From Halobacteriovoraceae bacterium (GTDB taxonomy: Bacteria; Bdellovibrionota; Bacteriovoracia; Bacteriovoracales; Bacteriovoracaceae), in contig CAVRCF010000001.1 in the NCBI GenBank assembly GCA_963719505.1, positions 384,001-448,000 on the forward strand: a DNA stretch of 64,000 nt. The letters run 5' to 3'. Each line of letters begins with the position of its first letter. Positions within the stretch are counted from its first letter, which is position 1. Made by a program: the position numbers and the translations under genes. Shown here in pieces: positions 30,539-38,433 of this stretch. The notes under the pieces are model-generated. The model was not told where the DNA came from. It saw only the letters and a list, made by a program, of their open reading frames with translations, and searched no databases.

Positions 30539-31510
30539 GTGATGAAGATCAACTTTAAATTTATTTCTATCTTGTTTATGCTTTCTATATTTTTGTCGTG
30601 TGGTCAAAATTCTCCTAGTGAAGAAATGGAGCAGTTCTCACTTGCTAAAAAAGAGTTGAACTCAAGAAACTATAGTAAAGCTAATGAGCTTTTAATTAGT
30701 CTAACCACTCAGCATCCAAATAATAAGAAGTATAAACAGCTATTAGCAGATAGCTATCTGGGTTTGGGAGGGTTTGAGTTATATAAATTCTTGTTCTCTA
30801 TCGAAAAACTAACAGAACGCTCTTTTAAGACTGAAGACATTTTAAAGGAATTGAAAAGCTTTGTTGCAGGGTTTATTAGTATTACGAATGTAAAAAAAGA
30901 GAACCTATCCCAAGCTTTAAATATTTATAATCAGCTAGATATTAATGAAGAGTCATCAAAAGAAGAAAAGCTCAAAAAAGGCCTCGTTCATATATTTTTA
31001 CTAACTCAATCTTTAAAGGACTTAGTAATGAAAATAGAGGATATGGTAGAAGATAACAAAACTAGCGACTTAGAAGCTTTTTATAAAAAATTTGTATATA
31101 AATACATAGTACATATTGATGAAATGATTTTTCACTCATTCAGTGCTTATAGTAACTTTAAAAACTCGTTTGCTGAAGTCTTAAAGCTTTTATCTGAGAT
31201 TGACAGAGCAATGAAAGATGTTTTTGGAACTCCATATAATGAAATAAGAGAAGAGTTTAACGATATGAACATTGAAAAATTCGCTGTGTTATTTATCAAA
31301 TATAACCCAGAAATATACAAAGAAGTTATGCTGAGACTGTTTAATACATGTAATAAAGTTACAGTGTTAAAAAAAATTAGTATTTTAGAAAGAACGATAA
31401 TCTCAGACTATAATAACCATAGCTTCAAAAATCATGCATATAGAATGATTAAGACAGTTAAAGAATATGTTAACAACCATGATGAAAATATATGCAATAA
31501 TTACCTTTAG
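30539..31510 (+). CDS. Hypothetical lipoprotein with TPR-like N-terminus
   Basis: SIFLSC lipobox; helical, LLADSYLGLGG. Confidence 0.6.
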   Translation: MMKINFKFISILFMLSIFLSCGQNSPSEEMEQFSLAKKELNSRNYSKANELLISLTTQHPNNKKYKQLLADSYLGLGGFELYKFLFSIEKLTERSFKTEDILKELKSFVAGFISITNVKKENLSQALNIYNQLDINEESSKEEKLKKGLVHIFLLTQSLKDLVMKIEDMVEDNKTSDLEAFYKKFVYKYIVHIDEMIFHSFSAYSNFKNSFAEVLKLLSEIDRAMKDVFGTPYNEIREEFNDMNIEKFAVLFIKYNPEIYKEVMLRLFNTCNKVTVLKKISILERTIISDYNNHSFKNHAYRMIKTVKEYVNNHDENICNNYL

Positions 31511-32417
31511 TTTAATCATTACCTCAACGGTAAAAGCAAGTAACCTTAACTTTATTAAATTGTCAGCTTTAAGAAACCAGCATGAATTTATAAAGCATAA
31601 CGGAGGTAGTACCTCTTTATATGTTAATTCTAGTCAACGCTTCATAGACCTTTATGATTCTGTGCAGTCTGACGATATAAGTGAAATTGGGCAAGAGATA
31701 GAGAGTGCATATAATCACCCATATAAGACTGAATTGTTTTTAGCTCAGAGAATACGTTACCAGAAATACATATTTGAAGTGTCTGCATTTGAGTCTATTG
31801 TCGCTACAATTAATAATCCTGTTTTTCCAGAACTTGAACTTTTTAGTGTTCGATCAGATACATTTGGAGTCCAACGAAGTTTTGAACTAGATAAAGTAAA
31901 ATTAATTACAAAGTTATCAATTTCTAATAGATGGTACATTGATGAACAGTTTTCTCTTGAAGAAATAGTTCAGGATGAAGTTGAGGTCGATCTTAATAAC
32001 GGAAAAACATATACTCCAATTTATTTCGATATAAGAGCTAGTTTAGATATTAATAGAAATAACTTCTCGTTAACTGTTTTAGGATTAGATTTACTAAATA
32101 AAGACCGCTTTAATTATTTTACTGCAGATATAAATTATATGAGGTTATTAAATAGATATTTAAGTATTGGGCTTATATTATCACCAGTTTTTGAGGGTAA
32201 TTATAAAATTGAAGAAACTTTAGGTATTTATGCAATGGTAAATATACATGAGAGACTTAAGTTAGAGTTGAAGTATACAGATTTAGTTTCATCCTTGAAT
32301 AGCAATTTAGTTTTTAAACATTTTGATACTCAGTTGGGATGGGAGCGAGTTAGGGAAAGTACGTTTAGTGATTTACAAGTAAGTAATTTGTATTTAAAAC
32401 TTCAACTAAAGTATTAA
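31479..32417 (+). CDS. Putative outer-membrane beta-barrel protein
   Basis: Signal peptide, alternating beta pattern, C-terminal LYLKLQLKY beta-signal. Confidence 0.55.
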   Translation: MMKIYAIITFSLIITSTVKASNLNFIKLSALRNQHEFIKHNGGSTSLYVNSSQRFIDLYDSVQSDDISEIGQEIESAYNHPYKTELFLAQRIRYQKYIFEVSAFESIVATINNPVFPELELFSVRSDTFGVQRSFELDKVKLITKLSISNRWYIDEQFSLEEIVQDEVEVDLNNGKTYTPIYFDIRASLDINRNNFSLTVLGLDLLNKDRFNYFTADINYMRLLNRYLSIGLILSPVFEGNYKIEETLGIYAMVNIHERLKLELKYTDLVSSLNSNLVFKHFDTQLGWERVRESTFSDLQVSNLYLKLQLKY

Positions 32418-32581
32418 TTAGTTGTACTCATCTGTGTACTCAAATAAATGTCCTTTTAGAGTTAAGTTAATGTAATTGTTACGTCATACTTTTACCTCAA
32501 GCAAACTAACTATTTTCAAACTTATGTATAAGTGTTTAAATTATAAAGGAAGAATAGAATTAAATCACTCTGAGCTAGTGT

Positions 32582-32637
32582 TTGGAAAGCATGTAATGGG
32601 GTAACTCCTTCGAGGGTTCGAATCCCTTGTTCTCCGC
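32582..32637 (+). repeat. attR-like copy of the tRNA-Ser(GGA) 3' half (from the anticodon loop)
   Basis: 54/56 identical to 29814-29869. Confidence 0.92.
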
Positions 32638-32809
32638 TATATTTCCCTAACCTATTAATATCAAAACACTTATTACCTCTTTTAAATATATATTGGCAGA
32701 GGATTATCGGAAAGTGACTAGTATCTATACATCTCTGTAATCTATTCAACCTGGCCTTAATGTAAATATTATCCACGTTAAAATATGAATCAATATTAAT
32801 TTATAGATT

Positions 32810-33721
32810 GTGAGAATAAATATAAAGCTCTTAACCTGTGCCATTCTGTCTTTATTAAGCTTCTATGCTAATGCCCATGGAGACTATTTCAAGTCTACTA
32901 GAACTGAGATAATTAGCTCGTCTGAAGAGCAACTTAAAGAGTTACGTAAATCATTAATAGAAATTAATCCAAGTGCAAATACTGAAATTTATGTGAAAAG
33001 AACGCTAAGTGGTAAATATAAATTAAAAGTAAGTGAGCTCGTTCCTCAGCCTTTTAAAGAAATACTTATGAGGTCACAGAGGAATGGTGAAGCAAACTGC
33101 TATAACGGAGCACTTGTCTTCAATAAAATAATTCCAGCTCTAAGGTTTTCCTCTCCTGTAGAGTTTGGATTCTATATGAACTCAAAACTTTGTCGAAAAC
33201 TGAACTTCGATGAAAAAAATATCACGGGAGATATTATAGAGTTTCTTGGAGGACATGCTTCAGTATATATAACGGATGATGTTTTGTTCAATAAGGTGAG
33301 TAATGATCGGACACCTTGGAAGTTTGAAAAAATGTCTAGAGCATGGAGAGAGTTTAAAGAGTATAAAAAATGTGAATCTTCAGATCAGAGTGACGTATGT
33401 GGAATGGTAGAAATCTACAGGTGTAGAGATTTGAAAAACCTTCAAGTTTTAAGCGCTGATTATAGTGAATTGGCTGACATTGATATGAAATTGAGTAAAG
33501 TTGAAAAGGCATACGAACTAAATACTTTAACAAGAGGAAGGACTAGACATTCTTTGCTGAGAGCGTGGAAGAGTGACATCCAATTAATAAAAGATGAACT
33601 AGACAATCTCAATGAGTTTAGTTGGAAAAATGAAAAGATAGAAAAACTTTTTTATTTTAATTCATTACATGAGAGATATAGAATGACTAGAAATGCACTC
33701 GATAACCATTTTGGTTTTTGA
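32810..33721 (+). CDS. Secreted hypothetical protein with papain/NlpC-like Cys-His motifs
   Basis: Signal peptide; ANCYNGAL and GDII...HASVYI...FNK. Confidence 0.55.
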   Translation: MRINIKLLTCAILSLLSFYANAHGDYFKSTRTEIISSSEEQLKELRKSLIEINPSANTEIYVKRTLSGKYKLKVSELVPQPFKEILMRSQRNGEANCYNGALVFNKIIPALRFSSPVEFGFYMNSKLCRKLNFDEKNITGDIIEFLGGHASVYITDDVLFNKVSNDRTPWKFEKMSRAWREFKEYKKCESSDQSDVCGMVEIYRCRDLKNLQVLSADYSELADIDMKLSKVEKAYELNTLTRGRTRHSLLRAWKSDIQLIKDELDNLNEFSWKNEKIEKLFYFNSLHERYRMTRNALDNHFGF

Positions 33722-33894
33722 ATTTAATGTGGCAAAATTGTGGCAACTAAAAATATAACTGTCACTTTTCCAAAAACTTAAATTAATATAGACAACAAAT
33801 AACCAATAGCTCAGAATAGTTTTTAGTTAATGTTAATAATGGTTTAGATCATTTTTGTGTTCTTTGAGTTAGCTTGCTCTTTGTTTGCTTCTTA

Positions 33895-33919
33895 AATCCC
33901 TTGTTCTCCGCCATTTTTT
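33895..33919 (+). repeat. Second attR-like copy of the tRNA-Ser(GGA) 3' end (from the T-loop)
   Basis: AATCCCTTGTTCTCCGCCATTTTTT identical to 29853-29877. Confidence 0.88.
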
Positions 33920-34133
33920 TCATGACGATTACTATATATTTTCAATGGGGAAAAAATCTCTGCCACTAAAGATTAATCAACTTAATATACATTAATTTAT
34001 CCTTAGATATCTTTCTTGGAATTCTCCGATGGTCCTTTATCATTAAATCATAACTTTATGGCAGTAATGAAAGAACATTAATACTCCTTGTTCGTGACCC
34101 CCTTTTGACGGCTACCTCTTAACGGAGGAAAAA

Positions 34134-34499
34134 ATGGAAAGAAAAAGAAGAAGATTTACCGAAGATCAAAAAATCCAAATTCTACAGGAACATCGTTCAA
34201 AAGGTGTTCCAATTTCAGTTTTAGCACGAGTCCATGATATAAATGCAGTAACTTTATACCAATGGAAAAGAGCTATGAAAGACAAACCTGATACTAATAT
34301 CGATGTTGCTGACCTTTTGAAACAAATTGATCAACTTAAAAAAGACAAAGATAAACTACTCAAGAAAGTTGGTGAATCTACCCTCAGAGAAGAGGTCGCT
34401 CAGGATATCATCGATTTTTATAAAAAAAAGATCTTGGAACAGGAGTTGATCGAGCAAAAGAATTCATCAAACTCAAAAAGAAAGGATCAAAAAAAATGA
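34134..34499 (+). CDS. IS3-family OrfA (HTH)
   Basis: RRRFTEDQKIQIL...LARVHDINAVTLYQWK. Confidence 0.9.
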   Translation: MERKRRRFTEDQKIQILQEHRSKGVPISVLARVHDINAVTLYQWKRAMKDKPDTNIDVADLLKQIDQLKKDKDKLLKKVGESTLREEVAQDIIDFYKKKILEQELIEQKNSSNSKRKDQKK

Positions 34500-35299
34500 T
34501 CTGTGAAATGTTTGGAGTCCACTCAAAATCAATTTATAAAACGACTAGCTCAAAGAAATTTTACTTTAAAGCTGAAGATGGAGAAATACTAAGCCAGATT
34601 AGGTCAATTGTTTCCTTACGACCAACTTATGGTTATAAACGAGTTACGGCCATGGTCAATCGTCTTCGACTTACTCTGGGGCATCCAAGGCTTAATAAGA
34701 AGCGTATCTACAGGATCATGAGAGTGAATGGACTTCTTCTTCCAAAGTCTGCTGTGACGAGAACTCACACTCCAACTGGCAAAGTAATGACTCTGCATTC
34801 AAATACAAGGTGGTGCAGTGATTGTTTTGAGATTAAGTGCTTTAACGGAGAAAAAGTTTTTGTTTCTTTTGTTTTAGATACATGTGACAGAGAGGTTCTC
34901 TCATTTGTAGCTTCAAAATCACCACTGCTTGCGACTGATATTGAGAGTCTGATGCTGAAAGCAGTTAAATACAGGTTTAAAGATTACAAAACTTTGAGAA
35001 CGATAGAATTTTTATCGGATAGAGGAAGTATTTATCGAGCCCATTCTGTTAAGAATTTGGCGAACCATCTTGGTTTAAAAAGCTGTTATACAGCTGCCTA
35101 TAGCCCAGAATCAAATGGAATGAGTGAAGCTTTTGTGAAAACGATCAAGCGAGACTATGTCTACAACAGCGACTGTTACAGTGCGGATGTAGTGCTGAAG
35201 ATGATCAAGGGTTGGATGAAAGATTATAATGAAATAGCACCTCATTCAGGGCTTGGCATGTTGAGCCCGAAAGAGTATTTATTAGAAAATCAAAGGTAG
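34496..35299 (+). CDS. IS3-family OrfB (DDE transposase), -1 frame to OrfA
   Basis: YGYKRV, RWCSD, FLSDRGS, PESNGMSEAFVKTIK, HSGLGMLSP. Confidence 0.93.
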   Translation: MICEMFGVHSKSIYKTTSSKKFYFKAEDGEILSQIRSIVSLRPTYGYKRVTAMVNRLRLTLGHPRLNKKRIYRIMRVNGLLLPKSAVTRTHTPTGKVMTLHSNTRWCSDCFEIKCFNGEKVFVSFVLDTCDREVLSFVASKSPLLATDIESLMLKAVKYRFKDYKTLRTIEFLSDRGSIYRAHSVKNLANHLGLKSCYTAAYSPESNGMSEAFVKTIKRDYVYNSDCYSADVVLKMIKGWMKDYNEIAPHSGLGMLSPKEYLLENQR

Positions 35300-35389
35300 C
35301 CTAAAACGGGGTCCAATCCATCCTTAATCTGATTTTGATGAATTGTAATGATTTCAATATAGATTACTATAATTAAAACAGGAGGTTTT

Positions 35390-36283
35390 ATGAAAAAATT
35401 AATAGTCGTCGCGGCTATCTTAACAAGCAATGCCTTGTTGGCTAAATCAGAAGTTAGGGATTTAATGTACTTCCCAGAAAAAGGTACTTTGAATGGTCAA
35501 ACATCTATTGATGTTACTGATTCTGAGTTTGAATTAGTTGATGAAAAGACTGAAACTAAAACTTTCGAAATTACCCAACAGCTCAGTTATGTAGTCTCTA
35601 AGGGATTATCGCTTGGTGTTCAGTTGCAAAAAGAAGAGAGTGAGACAGAACAAAATGGTGATGAGTTCGAAAGAGAAGGCTATGAGAATCCAACTTTCGT
35701 TTTACAGAAAAGAATCAATTGGCAAGATGAGGATGGAAGCAACCTTGATATTGGACTACAATTTTCACCGGATATGAATGATAGAGAAGACTCTTCGGAA
35801 ACAAAAAAGGGTAATGTTGCTGCCGGAGGCCCTTCAACAGGATTTTATATTAAGTACGGAAAGAAAGTTGAAGATACAGAGTTCTCTCTTTCAGCGAGTG
35901 CATTTTTCTTTGGAAAAGCTACAGAAGAGGATGCAACGGGAAGTGGCGAGTCAGAATCTGAAGCGACTCAGTCACTTCAACTTGAATATACATGGCAAAG
36001 AAACCTTAACGATAAATTTAGTTTTAACTTTGGTGGAATTTACGTCTACTACGGTGATAGTGAGTCTCAAGATTCGTCTGGAAGTAAAACAGAAATTGAA
36101 GGGTACGGTTTGATAGGTCTTTTTGGGACATTAAAGGCGAATGTAACTCAAGATTTTGTTGTTTCTGTAAGCTATGGTTCAACCTTAGATGCAGATACTG
36201 ATGCTAAAGTTGGCGGTACTGAGTACGAGCTTGAGAACCTTTCACAAAGCTCACTAAGTCTTGCTGCTACTTACGAATTCTAA
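35390..36283 (+). CDS. Putative outer-membrane beta-barrel protein
   Basis: GGAGG RBS, signal peptide, amphipathic strands, C-terminal SLAATYEF. Confidence 0.7.
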   Translation: MKKLIVVAAILTSNALLAKSEVRDLMYFPEKGTLNGQTSIDVTDSEFELVDEKTETKTFEITQQLSYVVSKGLSLGVQLQKEESETEQNGDEFEREGYENPTFVLQKRINWQDEDGSNLDIGLQFSPDMNDREDSSETKKGNVAAGGPSTGFYIKYGKKVEDTEFSLSASAFFFGKATEEDATGSGESESEATQSLQLEYTWQRNLNDKFSFNFGGIYVYYGDSESQDSSGSKTEIEGYGLIGLFGTLKANVTQDFVVSVSYGSTLDADTDAKVGGTEYELENLSQSSLSLAATYEF

Positions 36284-36290
36284 ATTTTTT

Positions 36291-36317
36291 TCATCCCAGG
36301 TTCAATGCCTGGGATGA
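36291..36317. terminator. Hairpin/terminator after the beta-barrel gene
   Basis: TCATCCCAGG-TTCAATG-CCTGGGATGA. Confidence 0.65.
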
Positions 36318-36326
36318 GCCCCTTTT

Positions 36327-36342
36327 TGGCACCCCTCTTGCT
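36327..36342 (+). promoter_or_regulatory. Putative sigma54 promoter
   Basis: TGGCAC-CCCTC-TTGCT with exact GG-N10-GC spacing, about 95 bp before ATG 36438. Confidence 0.65.
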
Positions 36343-36437
36343 ACTAATCTAAGTATAACCATTTAAAACTAATGTAATTTAAACAACTTAGATTAACTCA
36401 AATGTGTTTATTTATTAGACACCTGTTAGGAGAGAGA

Positions 36438-37715
36438 ATGAAAAAGAGAGCCCTATTTATTATCCCAATGACATTTATGCTTTTTTCATGTGAGCAAATG
36501 GAAGCCCAACAAAAAGATTCAAAAGCCAAGGTGACTTCAATAAGAAGTGCCAGTGAGTCTGATATAGAGTACTCACAAAAACTTACTCGAGTTGGAGAGA
36601 TATTAATTAATAATCCAGTCGGATTTCTTCATGCCAATGAACTTTTTGAAAAAGCATTAAAGCTAGATAGTAATAATGATAAAGCTCTTTTTTATAGTGC
36701 CTTTACTGGTATCTATGAAACTCTCAGAGGTGTTGGAGAAAGGGCAAAACCTATGTACGACTCCCCTAGTGAATATGAGGAAGGAGTTAAATCCTTAACT
36801 GACTATTACAAATATCCAGAGTTTAAAGACTTCATCCTTGGAAAGAAAAATGGTGCTCTGATTAAGAGTTATCAAGATGCTAAAAGATTCGCTCAAGTCG
36901 AAATCGACGGTGCTTTTGAAGCAGCTATTTCAAAGCTTGAAAAAATTGATAAAAGTGTTGATATCGTTATAACAAACCTAAAAACTGAAAATACTGCTAC
37001 TGAGACAAATTGTGTGACAGAAGAAGATGAGAATGGAACTTATGTTTCCTGTGATCTACTAGAGACGACAGATTCAACTTCAGCAATGCCAGCTTTAACA
37101 AGAACTGTTGATGTCGTCGATACTAAGATTATTGCAAGTGGAATAAAAGCTTACAGTGTTTATTTGAAGCTTCTAACCGCTTATAGTGTTGAAGGATCAA
37201 AAAACTTAGCTAATGAAATTAAAGTAAAAGAAGCTGACCTGAATCGATCACTTACTGATGAAGAAAATCACACCATTGTAAAAAGATATTCAGACTTTTT
37301 AAGGCTTGAAAAAGATCATAAAATGGATCAAATTGTTAAGAATTTAGAATCAATGGTTGAGGTTGGAATGGATCTTGATACTCTAAACAATCAGTTTTGT
37401 AATAATGACGAGAGATCAAATAACCTCATAAAAACAATCTGTATTGGTGAAGAAGAAAGAAACTCAATGAAAGAGGCGATGTCTTATTTATCTGGTCCAA
37501 AAGAAATTACTTTAGGATTAGATGCTCAAGGGAACGAAGTCAAAATCATTATGGATCTGCCAACTTACCTTGGAAATCCTCTTCAGGATTTGAAGTCACT
37601 TTTAACGGGAACATACGATGAGAATGGAAATTCTACTCTAACTTCTGAGCCTGAACTCAATGGCCTATTTCCTAATAGAGATCTACTAGAAAAAACGGGT
37701 CAACTTGCTAACTAA
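36438..37715 (+). CDS. Hypothetical lipoprotein
   Basis: AGGAGA RBS, MKKRALFIIPMTFMLFSC lipobox, TPR-like segment. Confidence 0.65.
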   Translation: MKKRALFIIPMTFMLFSCEQMEAQQKDSKAKVTSIRSASESDIEYSQKLTRVGEILINNPVGFLHANELFEKALKLDSNNDKALFYSAFTGIYETLRGVGERAKPMYDSPSEYEEGVKSLTDYYKYPEFKDFILGKKNGALIKSYQDAKRFAQVEIDGAFEAAISKLEKIDKSVDIVITNLKTENTATETNCVTEEDENGTYVSCDLLETTDSTSAMPALTRTVDVVDTKIIASGIKAYSVYLKLLTAYSVEGSKNLANEIKVKEADLNRSLTDEENHTIVKRYSDFLRLEKDHKMDQIVKNLESMVEVGMDLDTLNNQFCNNDERSNNLIKTICIGEEERNSMKEAMSYLSGPKEITLGLDAQGNEVKIIMDLPTYLGNPLQDLKSLLTGTYDENGNSTLTSEPELNGLFPNRDLLEKTGQLAN

Positions 37716-38148
37716 TCTTTCAAAATATATTTTAATTATCGGAGCTCTATGTTGGGGCTCCGTCTCTTTTGCCTCTTGTGACTTTAAGGTGAATAACTCA
37801 ACTTATTATTTTCAAGGGAGTTCAAAATATAAAGTTAGTATGAAAATTGACAAGGCATGTTCAAAAAACAGTGTTTATAAAAGAGAGTTAACTGGCGTTT
37901 CAATGAAGTTATATTTCGAGGATACGCTCGTTGATGAACTTTATTTCAGAGATGGTCTTTGGCAGCCAGAAGAAAACTTTTTCAGACTAAAAAATGGGTT
38001 AGGCAAAAATACAAACTGCTTCGATAAAACAAAATCTTTAAATATAGATCTAAAAAACGGAACGATTAATTCCCTGTCGGGAAATTATCTTAACTTGGCA
38101 TCTGGAATGAGCGTCAACGGTAGGTGTAAGGAACTGAGCAATACCTAG
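37705..38148 (+). CDS. Hypothetical secreted protein
   Basis: Signal peptide (VSFA-S), several Cys; overlaps upstream gene. Confidence 0.5.
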   Translation: MLTNLSKYILIIGALCWGSVSFASCDFKVNNSTYYFQGSSKYKVSMKIDKACSKNSVYKRELTGVSMKLYFEDTLVDELYFRDGLWQPEENFFRLKNGLGKNTNCFDKTKSLNIDLKNGTINSLSGNYLNLASGMSVNGRCKELSNT

Positions 38149-38216
38149 TTTGCTATAGCGCGCAAACACTAATATTGTTTAACTTTACATATTACTTCTT
38201 CACGAATAGTATCGTT

Positions 38217-38306
38217 GGCGGTAGTGCCACGATTGAATCACGAGTTAATCCGCCAGGTCGGGAACGAAGCAACGGGACTGGTTGTTTCTTTGTGTGGTGC
38301 TGCCAC
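38217..38306 (+). ncRNA. ffs: SRP RNA (4.5S)
   Basis: Long hairpin GGTAGTGCCAC...GTGGTGCTGCC with domain IV CAGGTCG-GGAA-CGAAGCA; upstream of dnaX. Confidence 0.85.
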
Positions 38307-38433
38307 TTATTATTTCAAATACATACCTAATATCTCCTTACATTTCCCTATTTGATTGATCCATGTCCAGTTGCGAATTGACTAATTGGCAGGCCCCATA
38401 TATTTTGCGCTAACAATTGAGAGAGTTTAATAT

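Larger units (their letters stand above)
29872..33919. mobile_element. Tandem genomic-island remnants integrated at tRNA-Ser(GGA), no integrase
   Basis: Bounded by copies of the tRNA 3' end at 32582-32637 and 33895-33919; AT-rich hypothetical cargo. Confidence 0.75.
34089..35320 (+). mobile_element. IS3-family insertion sequence (IS2-like ends)
   Basis: TG...CA ends; imperfect IRs TGTTCGTGACCCCCTTTTGACGGCTACCT / revcomp TGGATTGGACCCCGTTTTAGGCTACCT; 4-bp TCCT duplication at 34085-34088 and 35321-35324. Confidence 0.9.

Noticed and set aside
32582-32637. A fifth tRNA gene
   Set aside because: Lacks the 5' acceptor strand and D-arm and ends CTA rather than CCA; it is an att-like fragment.
32522-32776. 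84-aa minus-strand ORF
   Set aside because: Runs through the att-like tRNA fragment (GIRTLEG is the antisense T-arm); spurious.
29872-33919. CRISPR array or integron attC array
   Set aside because: Only two repeats, both derived from the tRNA and kilobases apart; no regular spacers, cas genes, intI or attC-like structures seen.
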